From a virus (taxonomy: Duplodnaviria; Heunggongvirae; Uroviricota; Caudoviricetes), in the IMG/VR virus record IMGVR_UViG_2734482779_000009: a stretch of DNA of 34,379 nucleotides. One strand, 5' to 3'. Numbering within the stretch: the stretch's first letter is position 1; each line of letters opens with the position of its first letter. The notes under the pieces are model-generated. The model was not told the DNA's origin, did no database searches, and saw nothing but the letters and a program-made list of their open reading frames with translations. The position numbers and the translations under genes were made by a program. Below, piece by piece: positions 8,439 through 15,777 of this stretch.

Positions 8439-9355
8439 TAACGTATGCCCTCCGGTCGGTTGATTTCAGGCTCCGGTTCGGTCAGCCAGGCGGGGACATC
8501 GTTACCCGATGGTGCGGCATCAAGGTCAAACGTCTCACGCAATGCATGAACACTGCGTTCAATCTGGCAGACCAGACCGGCCATGAAATCTCTGGGGGTA
8601 TCAATCATGTGTTCAGCACAATATGCGCACAGCGTCTCAAACGCGCCGGACAGCCGGACGGCGATGGCAGATTCCGCCTCAACCGCTAATGCCGTCACTT
8701 CCGCCCGCAATTTTTTCAGTTCTTCGTCTGGCGGCGGAGGTTGCAGGCGCGATTTCTTCTCCAGTTTTGTGGCCAGTTCGTTGATTTTTTCGTCCTTTCC
8801 GGCAAGCACCTGTTGCTGAGCTGCGTTGGTTTCGCGCGCTTCACGCAGGGCCTGGCGAAGTTCGCGGCTGGTCATGCGATCAATATCGTCGAGAGTCATT
8901 CCAGCAACCGTGCCGCCGTCAGCCAGTTCGGCAAGATCTTCGTCATCTTCCGTCATTAACTCAAAAAGTTTGGTTTTCCCCAAATGTGCCAGCGCTGGCA
9001 CATTTGGTTTCAGCGTCGGGGATAAGTATTTTGTCGATGCCTGCATCATTCGCACAGATGTCCGGTACGCCAGCCCCAACTCACCTTCAAGAATCTTTAT
9101 AAACTCCCCATGCGGCTCATTTTCCTTAAGAAGGATCAATCGTTTACCGGCTTCCAGCATTGCTTCCGCGCTCTGCGCCATATAAAAGCGTGCCTCATGA
9201 ACAACACGATCGCGCTCATAGGGCAGGCCATCACCGAACAGTTGCATGATCTCCGTGCTGTGTTGTGTCATGGCGTTCAGACTGACATTGAGATCATCCG
9301 ACAGGGGGACCTCGGCGTTCAGTTCAGTGTTAACCAGTGATTTAGTGCGTCCCAT
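8438..9355 (-). CDS. DUF3102-like phage protein (305 aa), conserved upstream of A in B3/BcepMu-like phages
   Basis: Position and general sequence character match the DUF3102 proteins of transposable phages as recalled; acidic/coiled-coil central region. Confidence 0.5.
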   Translation of the reverse strand: MGRTKSLVNTELNAEVPLSDDLNVSLNAMTQHSTEIMQLFGDGLPYERDRVVHEARFYMAQSAEAMLEAGKRLILLKENEPHGEFIKILEGELGLAYRTSVRMMQASTKYLSPTLKPNVPALAHLGKTKLFELMTEDDEDLAELADGGTVAGMTLDDIDRMTSRELRQALREARETNAAQQQVLAGKDEKINELATKLEKKSRLQPPPPDEELKKLRAEVTALAVEAESAIAVRLSGAFETLCAYCAEHMIDTPRDFMAGLVCQIERSVHALRETFDLDAAPSGNDVPAWLTEPEPEINRPEGIR

Positions 9356-9365
9356 TGATTACTCC

Positions 9366-9680
9366 TTACAAACGACTACCTGAAATAACTCGCTGGTTGA
9401 TTTCGTTAATACGATCCTGTGCACGTGCCATCTCGTTACTGTGGGCCATAGCGATCTGCAGTAACTGGATGCCCGGCGCGAAACGCCCGTTTTCCAGTTT
9501 CAGGGCCAACCCTTCTTCAATGAGGGTGTTGAGTGCCCGGTTGATGTTTGCCGGTGACTCGTGCAGTGCTGCCGCCAGTTCACCGTTGGAAATACCGTTC
9601 AGGGCATGACCACGCAGCGCTTTCAGTACCCGGAGGATGCGACTGCCGGAGCTTGAAACATTCGTCTTACTCATCTGCAT
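9366..9680 (-). CDS. Winged-helix DNA-binding protein (IclR/MarR-like HTH), probable early regulator
   Basis: 104 aa; RILRVLKALRG...GISNGELAAALHESPANINRALNTLIEEGLA resembles a wHTH recognition module. Confidence 0.5.
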   Translation of the reverse strand: MQMSKTNVSSSGSRILRVLKALRGHALNGISNGELAAALHESPANINRALNTLIEEGLALKLENGRFAPGIQLLQIAMAHSNEMARAQDRINEINQRVISGSRL

Positions 9681-9726
9681 ACCTATTTTTCAATATGTGA
9701 TAATCTTTTTCGTATGCTGTATCTTT

Positions 9727-9915
9727 TTAAGCGGCGTCAGTGATGGTTTTTAATCCCAGCTTTACAGCGATTTCATGGGCTTTGCCATAGTTCGCTTTTA
9801 CCTGGCCATTCAGTACGCGGTAAACCTCCGCTCTGGTGTAGTTGTTCTGTTTTGCCCACTGGGTAAAAGTGATCCCATTGCGACGGAAATGAGCTTTGAC
9901 CTGGTCTGCAGTCAT
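9727..9915 (-). CDS. Ner/Nlp-like small HTH DNA-binding protein (62 aa); first gene of the early operon
   Basis: Pattern RRNGIT...A......T.AEVYRVLNG...KA.EIA.KLGL resembles Ner/Nlp-family proteins; GGAGACA RBS; divergent from the repressor gene. Confidence 0.55.
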   Translation of the reverse strand: MTADQVKAHFRRNGITFTQWAKQNNYTRAEVYRVLNGQVKANYGKAHEIAVKLGLKTITDAA

Positions 9916-9967
9916 TGTTGTCTCCTTGTTTGGTGCAATGATGTTTGCGTTATGTGTGATAGATTAT

Positions 9968-9985
9968 TGTCTAAAAATTTAGACA
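9968..9985. promoter_or_regulatory. Candidate operator: inverted repeat TGTCTAAA-AA-TTTAGACA in the divergent repressor/early promoter region
   Basis: 8-bp perfect half-sites with a 2-bp spacer, 12 nt upstream of the repressor ATG, in the 81-bp gap between divergent genes. Confidence 0.45.
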
Positions 9986-9996
9986 GAGCAAGTTTT

Positions 9997-10350
9997 ATGT
10001 CCATTAATTTAGAAAAAATACATGCGCGTCTCATTTCAGAATTAAAACGTGTTGGTCCTTTGGCGGTATCTAAGTCCACTGGTATCTCGCGGGCGACGAT
10101 TTATAACTGGATGGAAAAAGGAAATATCCCGCTAGATAAACTGGTAGTTTTAGGAGCAGCAGGAGTAGATGTTGCCTTCATTCTTACGGGTATGAGCACA
10201 GATGGTGAGGTGGAAATTCAGAACCGGATATCCCCCGAAAAACAAAAATTAATAGATACTTTTGACGACATGACACCAGAGCAACAACGCTCATTTCTTG
10301 AGATTGGGCGATTCTATACTCAGCCAAAACCAGGAAAAATCGCAGGCTGA
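9997..10350 (+). CDS. XRE-family HTH repressor (candidate lysogeny repressor, c-like)
   Basis: 117 aa from the ATG at 9997 (the ORF-track start at 9775 is an upstream artefact); HTH STGISRATIYNWMEKGNIPLDKLVVLGAAGVDVAFILTG; divergent from the early operon. Confidence 0.65.
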   Translation: MSINLEKIHARLISELKRVGPLAVSKSTGISRATIYNWMEKGNIPLDKLVVLGAAGVDVAFILTGMSTDGEVEIQNRISPEKQKLIDTFDDMTPEQQRSFLEIGRFYTQPKPGKIAG

Positions 10351-10436
10351 TTCTGACCTGGACACAAAGGACAGGTGGTTGATCTGGACGCTTTCAGAAA
10401 GCGCCGTCAGTAGCATGGCAGGAATGGGCTGATTTA

Positions 10437-10468
10437 CCGGAAAGCATTGTGCTTTCCGGTTTTGTTTC
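10437..10468 (+). terminator. Candidate rho-independent terminator downstream of the repressor gene, possibly bidirectional
   Basis: Stem CCGGAAAGC (10437-10445) / GCTTTCCGG (10451-10459), loop ATTGT, followed by TTTTGTTTC; sits between the convergent repressor and dam genes. Confidence 0.55.
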
Positions 10469-11231
10469 AGAAGTTGCAGATTACCAGTTCACGGCGCGGC
10501 GTGGGTTTCCCCGCCAGACTGTAGTTGATATTCACCGTCTGTATGTTCAGTTCAGTGAACACCCGACGCATCTGCGGAATGTCGTTCACCGAGATAATCA
10601 TCTTTCCTCTGATGCACCGGGCCAGTTCTGCGAGTAGTGTGTAGTTCTCTTCAGGAAAATCCACACCATAGCCTTCCGTCCCCAGATAGGGCGGATCACA
10701 GTAGAACAACGTGTGCGGACGGTCATAACGCTTAATGCACTGGTGCCAGTCCATGTGCTCTATCACCGTTCTGGAAAGCCGCAGGTGTGCCGCTGACAGT
10801 TCTTCTTCAATACGTAGCAGGTTGAAGCGTGGCGGAGATGTGGTGGATGTGCCGAAGCTGTGCTCTGCCACCTTGCCACCAAATGCCTGCTTCTGGAGGT
10901 AGTAGAACCGTGCCGCACGCTGGATATCCGTCAGTGTTTCTTCCGGGGTGATCTGCAGCCATTTGTAGATCTGCCGGCTAACCAGCGCCCATTTGAACTG
11001 GCGGATAAATTCTTCCAGGTGATGTTTTACCACCCGGTACAGATTCACCAGTTCACCATTGATATCGTTAATGACTTCGAGCTTGCCGGGAGTCTTGAGA
11101 AAATAGAGCGCAGCTGCGCCGCAGAACGGCTCCACATAACATTCATGCGCAGGAAACAGCGGCAGGATGTGTTTTGCCAGGCGGCGTTTGCCACCAATCC
11201 ATGGAACGATGGGTAATGTCTGCGTTTTCAT
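10467..11231 (-). CDS. dam: Dam-family N6-adenine DNA methyltransferase (orphan, phage-borne)
   Basis: 254 aa; WIGGK, FCGAAALYF (motif I) and catalytic DPPY (FYCDPPY) in the Dam order; no cognate restriction gene adjacent. Confidence 0.85.
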   Translation of the reverse strand: MKTQTLPIVPWIGGKRRLAKHILPLFPAHECYVEPFCGAAALYFLKTPGKLEVINDINGELVNLYRVVKHHLEEFIRQFKWALVSRQIYKWLQITPEETLTDIQRAARFYYLQKQAFGGKVAEHSFGTSTTSPPRFNLLRIEEELSAAHLRLSRTVIEHMDWHQCIKRYDRPHTLFYCDPPYLGTEGYGVDFPEENYTLLAELARCIRGKMIISVNDIPQMRRVFTELNIQTVNINYSLAGKPTPRRELVICNF

Positions 11232-11278
11232 AATCTGTAAGCCTTTTACAATTATTAAAAATATGGCAGGCTAGTCTG

Positions 11279-11290
11279 GTCTCGCGAGAC
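11279..11290. promoter_or_regulatory. Perfect 12-bp palindrome GTCTCGCGAGAC upstream of dam (candidate regulator binding site)
   Basis: Seen directly; about 48 bp upstream of the dam start codon; flanked by AGTC / GACT. Confidence 0.3.
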
Positions 11291-11336
11291 TGACTGAACC
11301 TTGGTCGGCTCACAGTGCATTCCTGTGGGACGATGG

Positions 11337-11377
11337 CCAGCCCGGCTTTCGGGTGCCGGGCTGGTCGTTCTTTCATG
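11337..11377. other. GC-rich stem-loop (10-bp stem) in the dam leader / intergenic region; possible plus-strand terminator or regulatory structure
   Basis: CCAGCCCGGC (11337-11346) pairs with GCCGGGCTGG (11355-11364), 8-nt loop, then TCGTTCTTTC on the plus strand; no T-run on the minus strand. Confidence 0.35.
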
Positions 11378-11420
11378 ATGCGGCAGGGATGAAGTGATTT
11401 CTGTTAATGTGGTTTAGGGA

Positions 11421-11636
11421 TTATCCGGGGCGATTTTCTGACCTTATCTGGTCCAGGGCATAAGTGATCCCTTCTGCAAAAACAGAAGTATCGAACTGCT
11501 TTTGTATTTCCTGAAAATGAACAGTGGCACGACAGATACTCAGTTCTCCGCGATGTAACCGGATAATATCTTCCAGAACATTGTTCACTGCTTCGGCACG
11601 GCGCTGATGTTCTGTTAACGTTAATCGGGGATTCAT
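11421..11636 (-). CDS. Hypothetical small protein (71 aa)
   Basis: Strong RBS AAGGAG 6-7 nt upstream of the ATG; no recognised motif; between the Walker A gene and dam. Confidence 0.55.
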   Translation of the reverse strand: MNPRLTLTEHQRRAEAVNNVLEDIIRLHRGELSICRATVHFQEIQKQFDTSVFAEGITYALDQIRSENRPG

Positions 11637-12014
11637 GATGCACTCCTTAAATGATGATTTTTATGTACTCACCGGCAAAATATTCTGCCGATTACTGAAC
11701 ACGCATCCGGCACCTCAGGTTTTGATTTATCTTGGTTTTTTCGATATCCCGGACTAGGTTGATCACGACCAGAAAAAGTGCCGGTATTTTATTGATACGC
11801 TGATATGGCTTCGGGATAACAGCTATATCCGTTACTCTCAGTTGCTGGCTGTGGGAGCGGCTGATGTCGTCCTCACGGAAAAAACGCTCTGTCTGCTCAA
11901 TGCCATGCCGACCTTTCTGCAGCCCCGGCCCGTACCATTTAAAGAGTCGCTTCTGGATGCAGTAAAAACCGGTGAAAATGCAGTCATCGCTGAATGCGTA
12001 TCCCGGATTATGAG

Positions 12015-12758
12015 TTACGTGTTTAATGAACGTAAGTGAGGTTTATCCGCTGTCTGCATAATTCCGATAGCCAGTGCGAGGGGAAGTAATTCCGGGGAAA
12101 CTTTTTCAAACAGCGATTCCCATTCTCCTCTCGCCATCACTCTGTCCAGCCCGCCCTCCAGCTGCATTTCAGCAATCTTCCTGATTTCCCGGAACAACGC
12201 CGCTTTGATCTCTTCATGCTCAGCTTTATTTTCCGGTGTCAGAATGTATTCGTCGAAGAACCGGGGAGACTGGTTAACGGGGATTGTGTTCACCGGGAGG
12301 TGTTCCTGCTTCCCGTACTTCGGGGCCGAAAAACATTCTGTTGGCTGACCGGTGAGTTTACGTAACTCCTTCATGAGCAGCTCCTGATCGTAAACTGTCA
12401 TCAGTGCCGCAATGGTGGCATGCAGTGCATCGGGTAGTATCCAGGGTTGCCGGCCCGTGGGGCATATAACATCCAGCAGCTCATTCGTCCGACAGATACG
12501 CTCCTCGCCGTATGACAACAGGCCCTGTCCCGTGTATTCCTCCAGCCTGATCACTGTGCCAGCCCGTGGTTTCTGCCATGTGCTCAGATCATCCCCGCTC
12601 ATACGGCGCTCATCGTCCACGTCTGCGGCATCGACAATGACGCTGCCTCCGAATTCCTGTTTTATCACCTCTTCTGTCCGCGCCAGTATGTAACTTTTAC
12701 CGCTGCCCACAGGACCGGACACGGTGACAGTGATGACCGGATTCAGTGTATGTGTCAT
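12015..12758 (-). CDS. Hypothetical protein with N-terminal Walker A / kinase-like P-loop (GPVGSGKS); function unknown
   Basis: 247 aa; Walker A at residues 15-22, then VIVDAADVDDE about 20 aa later (kinase-like acidic motif); C-terminal ~170 aa without recognisable motifs; transcribed divergently from the lysis/late operon. Confidence 0.6.
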   Translation of the reverse strand: MTHTLNPVITVTVSGPVGSGKSYILARTEEVIKQEFGGSVIVDAADVDDERRMSGDDLSTWQKPRAGTVIRLEEYTGQGLLSYGEERICRTNELLDVICPTGRQPWILPDALHATIAALMTVYDQELLMKELRKLTGQPTECFSAPKYGKQEHLPVNTIPVNQSPRFFDEYILTPENKAEHEEIKAALFREIRKIAEMQLEGGLDRVMARGEWESLFEKVSPELLPLALAIGIMQTADKPHLRSLNT

Positions 12759-12862
12759 GTTGCATTCTCCTCTGTGAATAATTCATCGTTTATCCTGCAC
12801 ATCCCGTATCCCCGGCTCTCTTAACGCGCTTTAAAATCCTTCGCGCCCCGTATTTGTGATGC

Positions 12863-12885
12863 TGTCTCCACCAGACAAGGAGACA
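12863..12885 (+). promoter_or_regulatory. Stem-loop overlapping the holin ribosome-binding site (possible translational control)
   Basis: TGTCTCC (12863-12869) / GGAGACA (12879-12885), 9-nt loop; the 3' arm contains the GGAG of the Shine-Dalgarno; ATG at 12889. Confidence 0.3.
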
Positions 12886-12888
12886 CAC

Positions 12889-13239
12889 ATGAAAAACCTG
12901 AAAAAATTCATTCCCCCTGTTAAAAAACCTCGCCTCAGCGGCTGGCTGCTGACCTCAGTGCTGCTGCTGGGCACCATCGCTCTGGTATCGCCACAGCAGT
13001 TGCCTGTTGTGATCTACAAGCTGGCACTCATCACGCTGGCAGCAGTGCTGGGTTACTGGCTTGACCGTTCGCTCTTCCCCAAAGCCCGTCCCGGTCAGTA
13101 CCTGAAACATGACGACAGGCTGATGGCTGATGGGCGTTTCCCTGTACAGACCGGCCTTCACCTGGTGTTTTCTGCTGCGTTAATCCGCCGTGCACTGATT
13201 GTTGCAGCGGTCTGTCTGGCCGTTGCAATGGGGCTTTAA
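12889..13239 (+). CDS. Holin-like membrane protein (three predicted TM helices), first gene of the lysis cassette
   Basis: 116 aa from the ATG at 12889 (RBS AAGGAGA); hydrophobic segments GWLLTSVLLLGTIALV, VVIYKLALITLAAVLGYWL and LVFSAALIRRALIVAAVCLAVAMGL; directly upstream of the endolysin. Confidence 0.5.
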   Translation: MKNLKKFIPPVKKPRLSGWLLTSVLLLGTIALVSPQQLPVVIYKLALITLAAVLGYWLDRSLFPKARPGQYLKHDDRLMADGRFPVQTGLHLVFSAALIRRALIVAAVCLAVAMGL

Positions 13240-13241
13240 TC

Positions 13242-13979
13242 ATGAACTGGCCGCAGATAACCTGGATTGTATGCATGTCCCTGAAGCTGGCGTTCGAAGC
13301 CTTTCGGGTCTTCATCAGAACCGAACGCCTGTCAGTCCGCGCCGGGACCTTTCTGGTTCATATGGCACGGGTATTCTTTGTCGCAATGTTGCTCTGGTGT
13401 GGCGGCTTTTTCAGTCAGGCATCCGCAGCACAGCCTCCGCGGGCTGCCCTGCAGTATCGCGATGATGTGATCCGTAATGCCCGGCTTGAATGGGGACTGT
13501 CTGCGCCGGTGGCTGATTTCGCTGCGCAACTGCATCAGGAAAGCGGCTGGCGACCTGATGCGGTCTCGCCGGCTGGTGCTCAGGGGCTGGCGCAGTTCAT
13601 GCCTGCCACTGCCGACTGGATAAGTCAGTTGATGCCGGGGCTTAACAGCCGTGAGCCGTTTAATCCGGCATGGGCTATCCGGGCGCTGGTCAGCTATGAC
13701 CGCTGGCTGTGGCAACGTGTCAGCGCCGCCAGCGACTGCGAGCGTATGGCCATGACGTTGTCGGGCTATAACGGTGGCCCGGGCTGGGTGCGCCGTGACC
13801 AGCGGCTCGCCGCACGTCTGGGGCTGGACAGTCAGCGCTGGTTCGGACATGTCGCCACGGTGAATGCCGGACGCAATGCTGCCAGCTGGCGGGAGAACCG
13901 CCAGTACCCGCAGCGTATTCTCTTCACGCTGGCACCGCGTTATCTGTCATGGGGAGGGGCAAGCTGTGTGGGGATATAA
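13242..13979 (+). CDS. Endolysin: lytic transglycosylase (SLT domain) with N-terminal signal or SAR sequence
   Basis: SLT signature AAQLHQESGWRPDAVSPAGAQGLAQFMPATA; internal ATG at 13362 gives MARVFFVAMLLWCGGFFSQASAA, a signal/SAR-like N-terminus, so the true start may be 13362. Confidence 0.8.
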   Translation: MNWPQITWIVCMSLKLAFEAFRVFIRTERLSVRAGTFLVHMARVFFVAMLLWCGGFFSQASAAQPPRAALQYRDDVIRNARLEWGLSAPVADFAAQLHQESGWRPDAVSPAGAQGLAQFMPATADWISQLMPGLNSREPFNPAWAIRALVSYDRWLWQRVSAASDCERMAMTLSGYNGGPGWVRRDQRLAARLGLDSQRWFGHVATVNAGRNAASWRENRQYPQRILFTLAPRYLSWGGASCVGI

Positions 13980-14592
13980 ATTACGGTTACTGCCGTGGCG
14001 ATCCATTGCGCTGACGTTGTTCCTGGTTGTCTGCATTCTGTCAGTCTGGCTGACTGGATACAGTTCAGGGCGCGACCGGGCCAGAGCTGACGGTCAGGCG
14101 GCGCTCAGTAAGCTGCAGGCGGAGTTTGACGGATACAGAACGGCACAGGCGAAGCGCGAGGTGGAAGCGCTACGGGCATGGTCGCAGCGTTATCAGGCGC
14201 AGGTGGCCGCCGGTCATCAGGCAGAGAGCAACCATCTGGCGCAGATTGCGCAACTGGAGCGCACCAACAGACAACTACAGAGGCAGGTGAACGATGTCAC
14301 ACAACGCTGGATGGATGAAAAAGGCAAAACGCATCCCATTGAGTGCGTGTTTACTCGCGGTTTCGTGCAGCAGTACAACGCCGCCCTCGGTTACGACGAC
14401 ACTGCTTCCGCCACTGCCGCCGGCACTGGCGCAGCGTCCGGGGATGCTGAAGCCGCTGACACCCGGCTACGCAACTCCGGTGTCACCCAGCAGGACATCC
14501 TCGCCAACCTCATTGACAACGCTCTCCAGTGCCGCGCCTGGCGAAGTCAGGTGAACGGGCTGCTGGATGAACGGGAAGGATTACAGCAATGA
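13966..14592 (+). CDS. i-spanin (Rz-like): N-terminal TM helix plus coiled-coil periplasmic domain
   Basis: GTG at 13966 preceded by GGGGAGGGG; TM IALTLFLVVCILSVWL; Q/A/R-rich coiled coil; overlaps the endolysin stop. Confidence 0.6.
   Translation: MWGYKLRLLPWRSIALTLFLVVCILSVWLTGYSSGRDRARADGQAALSKLQAEFDGYRTAQAKREVEALRAWSQRYQAQVAAGHQAESNHLAQIAQLERTNRQLQRQVNDVTQRWMDEKGKTHPIECVFTRGFVQQYNAALGYDDTASATAAGTGAASGDAEAADTRLRNSGVTQQDILANLIDNALQCRAWRSQVNGLLDEREGLQQ
14315..14554 (+). CDS. o-spanin (Rz1-like) outer-membrane lipoprotein embedded in the +1 frame of Rz
   Basis: MKKAKRIPLSACLLAVSC: basic n-region, hydrophobic core and lipobox-like AVSC; the mature part is Pro/Ser/Thr-rich (about 15 Pro); lies entirely inside the Rz ORF. 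Confidence 0.55.
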   Translation: MKKAKRIPLSACLLAVSCSSTTPPSVTTTLLPPLPPALAQRPGMLKPLTPGYATPVSPSRTSSPTSLTTLSSAAPGEVR

Positions 14593-14915
14593 CACTGCAG
14601 GTTGAATTCTGGACGGTGGTGAGTTTTCTGCTCACCTTCATGGGGTTTGTTGGAGGGCTCGCCAAATGGTTGTTCAGTAAAACAGAAGAACGCCAGGCGG
14701 CACGATTCGCCTCCCTTGAACAGGCCCTGCAACAATCCGCCTCCAACTGGGGCGAGCTGGAAAAAGAATTTATGCGATTTAAAGCGGATTTACCGCTGAA
14801 TTATGTCCGTCGCGAGGATTATATCCGTGGCCAGACAGTTATCGAGGCCAAACTGGACGCGCTTTACAACAAACTGGAAGTGGTACAGCAGTACCGCAAT
14901 ACCGGAGGTCAATAA
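14589..14915 (+). CDS. Small membrane protein (108 aa) after the spanins; possibly lysis-associated (releasin-like position)
   Basis: N-terminal TM FWTVVSFLLTFMGFVGGLAKWLF; ATGA overlap with Rz. Confidence 0.45.
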   Translation: MTLQVEFWTVVSFLLTFMGFVGGLAKWLFSKTEERQAARFASLEQALQQSASNWGELEKEFMRFKADLPLNYVRREDYIRGQTVIEAKLDALYNKLEVVQQYRNTGGQ

Positions 14916-15226
14916 TGGTCGATATTACCCGGGTACGCCGCGAATCCCTGCGCTGGAGTCTGCTGGTTGCCCTGAACAAAACCCGCCCTTACACCGCCAG
15001 CGAGACGTTGCTGCTGGAAGTGTCCCGCGCCATCTACCCGGACACCACGCAACTGGAACTGCGCCGTGAGCTTGATTACCTGGCAGATCGCAAAATGGTG
15101 GAGCTGGAGAGGAGACCGTCCGGTGACTGGTTTGCCGATCTGAGTCGCCTTGGTGTGGATATTGTGGAATACACCGTGGAATGCGGCCCCGGTATTGCCC
15201 GCCCGGAAAAATACTGGAGTGAGTGA
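14915..15226 (+). CDS. Hypothetical late protein (103 aa)
   Basis: Stop-start overlap with the neighbouring gene; no recognised motif. Confidence 0.45.
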   Translation: MVDITRVRRESLRWSLLVALNKTRPYTASETLLLEVSRAIYPDTTQLELRRELDYLADRKMVELERRPSGDWFADLSRLGVDIVEYTVECGPGIARPEKYWSE

Positions 15227-15228
15227 TT

Positions 15229-15777
15229 ATGGGACGTCGCAGCAGTATTGATACTCTCCCGACAGAAGTACGCCGCTGGCTGGAGCGGGCGCTGACGGAG
15301 AATAACTTCAGTGGATATGCCCGACTGGAAGCCCTGCTGAAGGAGAAGGGATACGTCATCACCCGCTCTTCCCTGCAGCGGTTCGGCTACAAAATGGAGC
15401 GACAACTGGCCCGCATCCGCGCCGCCACCGAGGCTGCGCGTCTGATGGCGCAGGAAGCCGGTGACGAGGCGGACGATCGTTCTGCCGGGATGATGGCACT
15501 TATTCAGACCGAGATGCTGGATGTTCTGATGCGTCTGCAGGAAATCGGGGAAAGTGATGATCCTGCAAAACGCGCAAAACTGCTGGCCACTGCTTCGGAA
15601 AGTATAGCCACACTGGTCCGTGCTTCGGTGACCCACAAGCGATTCCGGGCCGAGGTGCTGGCAAAAATTGAGGCACGGATGAATGCTCTGGAAAAACAGG
15701 CGAAGTCCGGCGACACCCGCCTGAGTCTGGAAACCCTGAAGATGGTGCGGGAACAGATTTACGGGGTGATCTCATGA
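15229..15777 (+). CDS. Mu gp27-like protein (DUF3486), putative terminase small subunit
   Basis: HTH-like N-terminus (RRWLERALTENNFSGYARLEALLKEKGYVI) and coiled-coil C-terminus; immediately upstream of the large terminase. Confidence 0.55.
   Translation: MGRRSSIDTLPTEVRRWLERALTENNFSGYARLEALLKEKGYVITRSSLQRFGYKMERQLARIRAATEAARLMAQEAGDEADDRSAGMMALIQTEMLDVLMRLQEIGESDDPAKRAKLLATASESIATLVRASVTHKRFRAEVLAKIEARMNALEKQAKSGDTRLSLETLKMVREQIYGVIS

Noticed and set aside
11143-11376. 77-aa minus-strand ORF overlapping the dam start
   Set aside because: Overlaps the dam N-terminus in another frame and extends into the structured leader; no RBS.
11842-12039. 65-aa plus-strand ORF in the gap between the 71-aa gene and the Walker A gene
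   Set aside because: Starts with TTG, has no RBS, and no ATG or GTG earlier in the frame (stop at 11755-11757); overlaps the 3' end of the Walker A gene. Kept only as a remote possibility.
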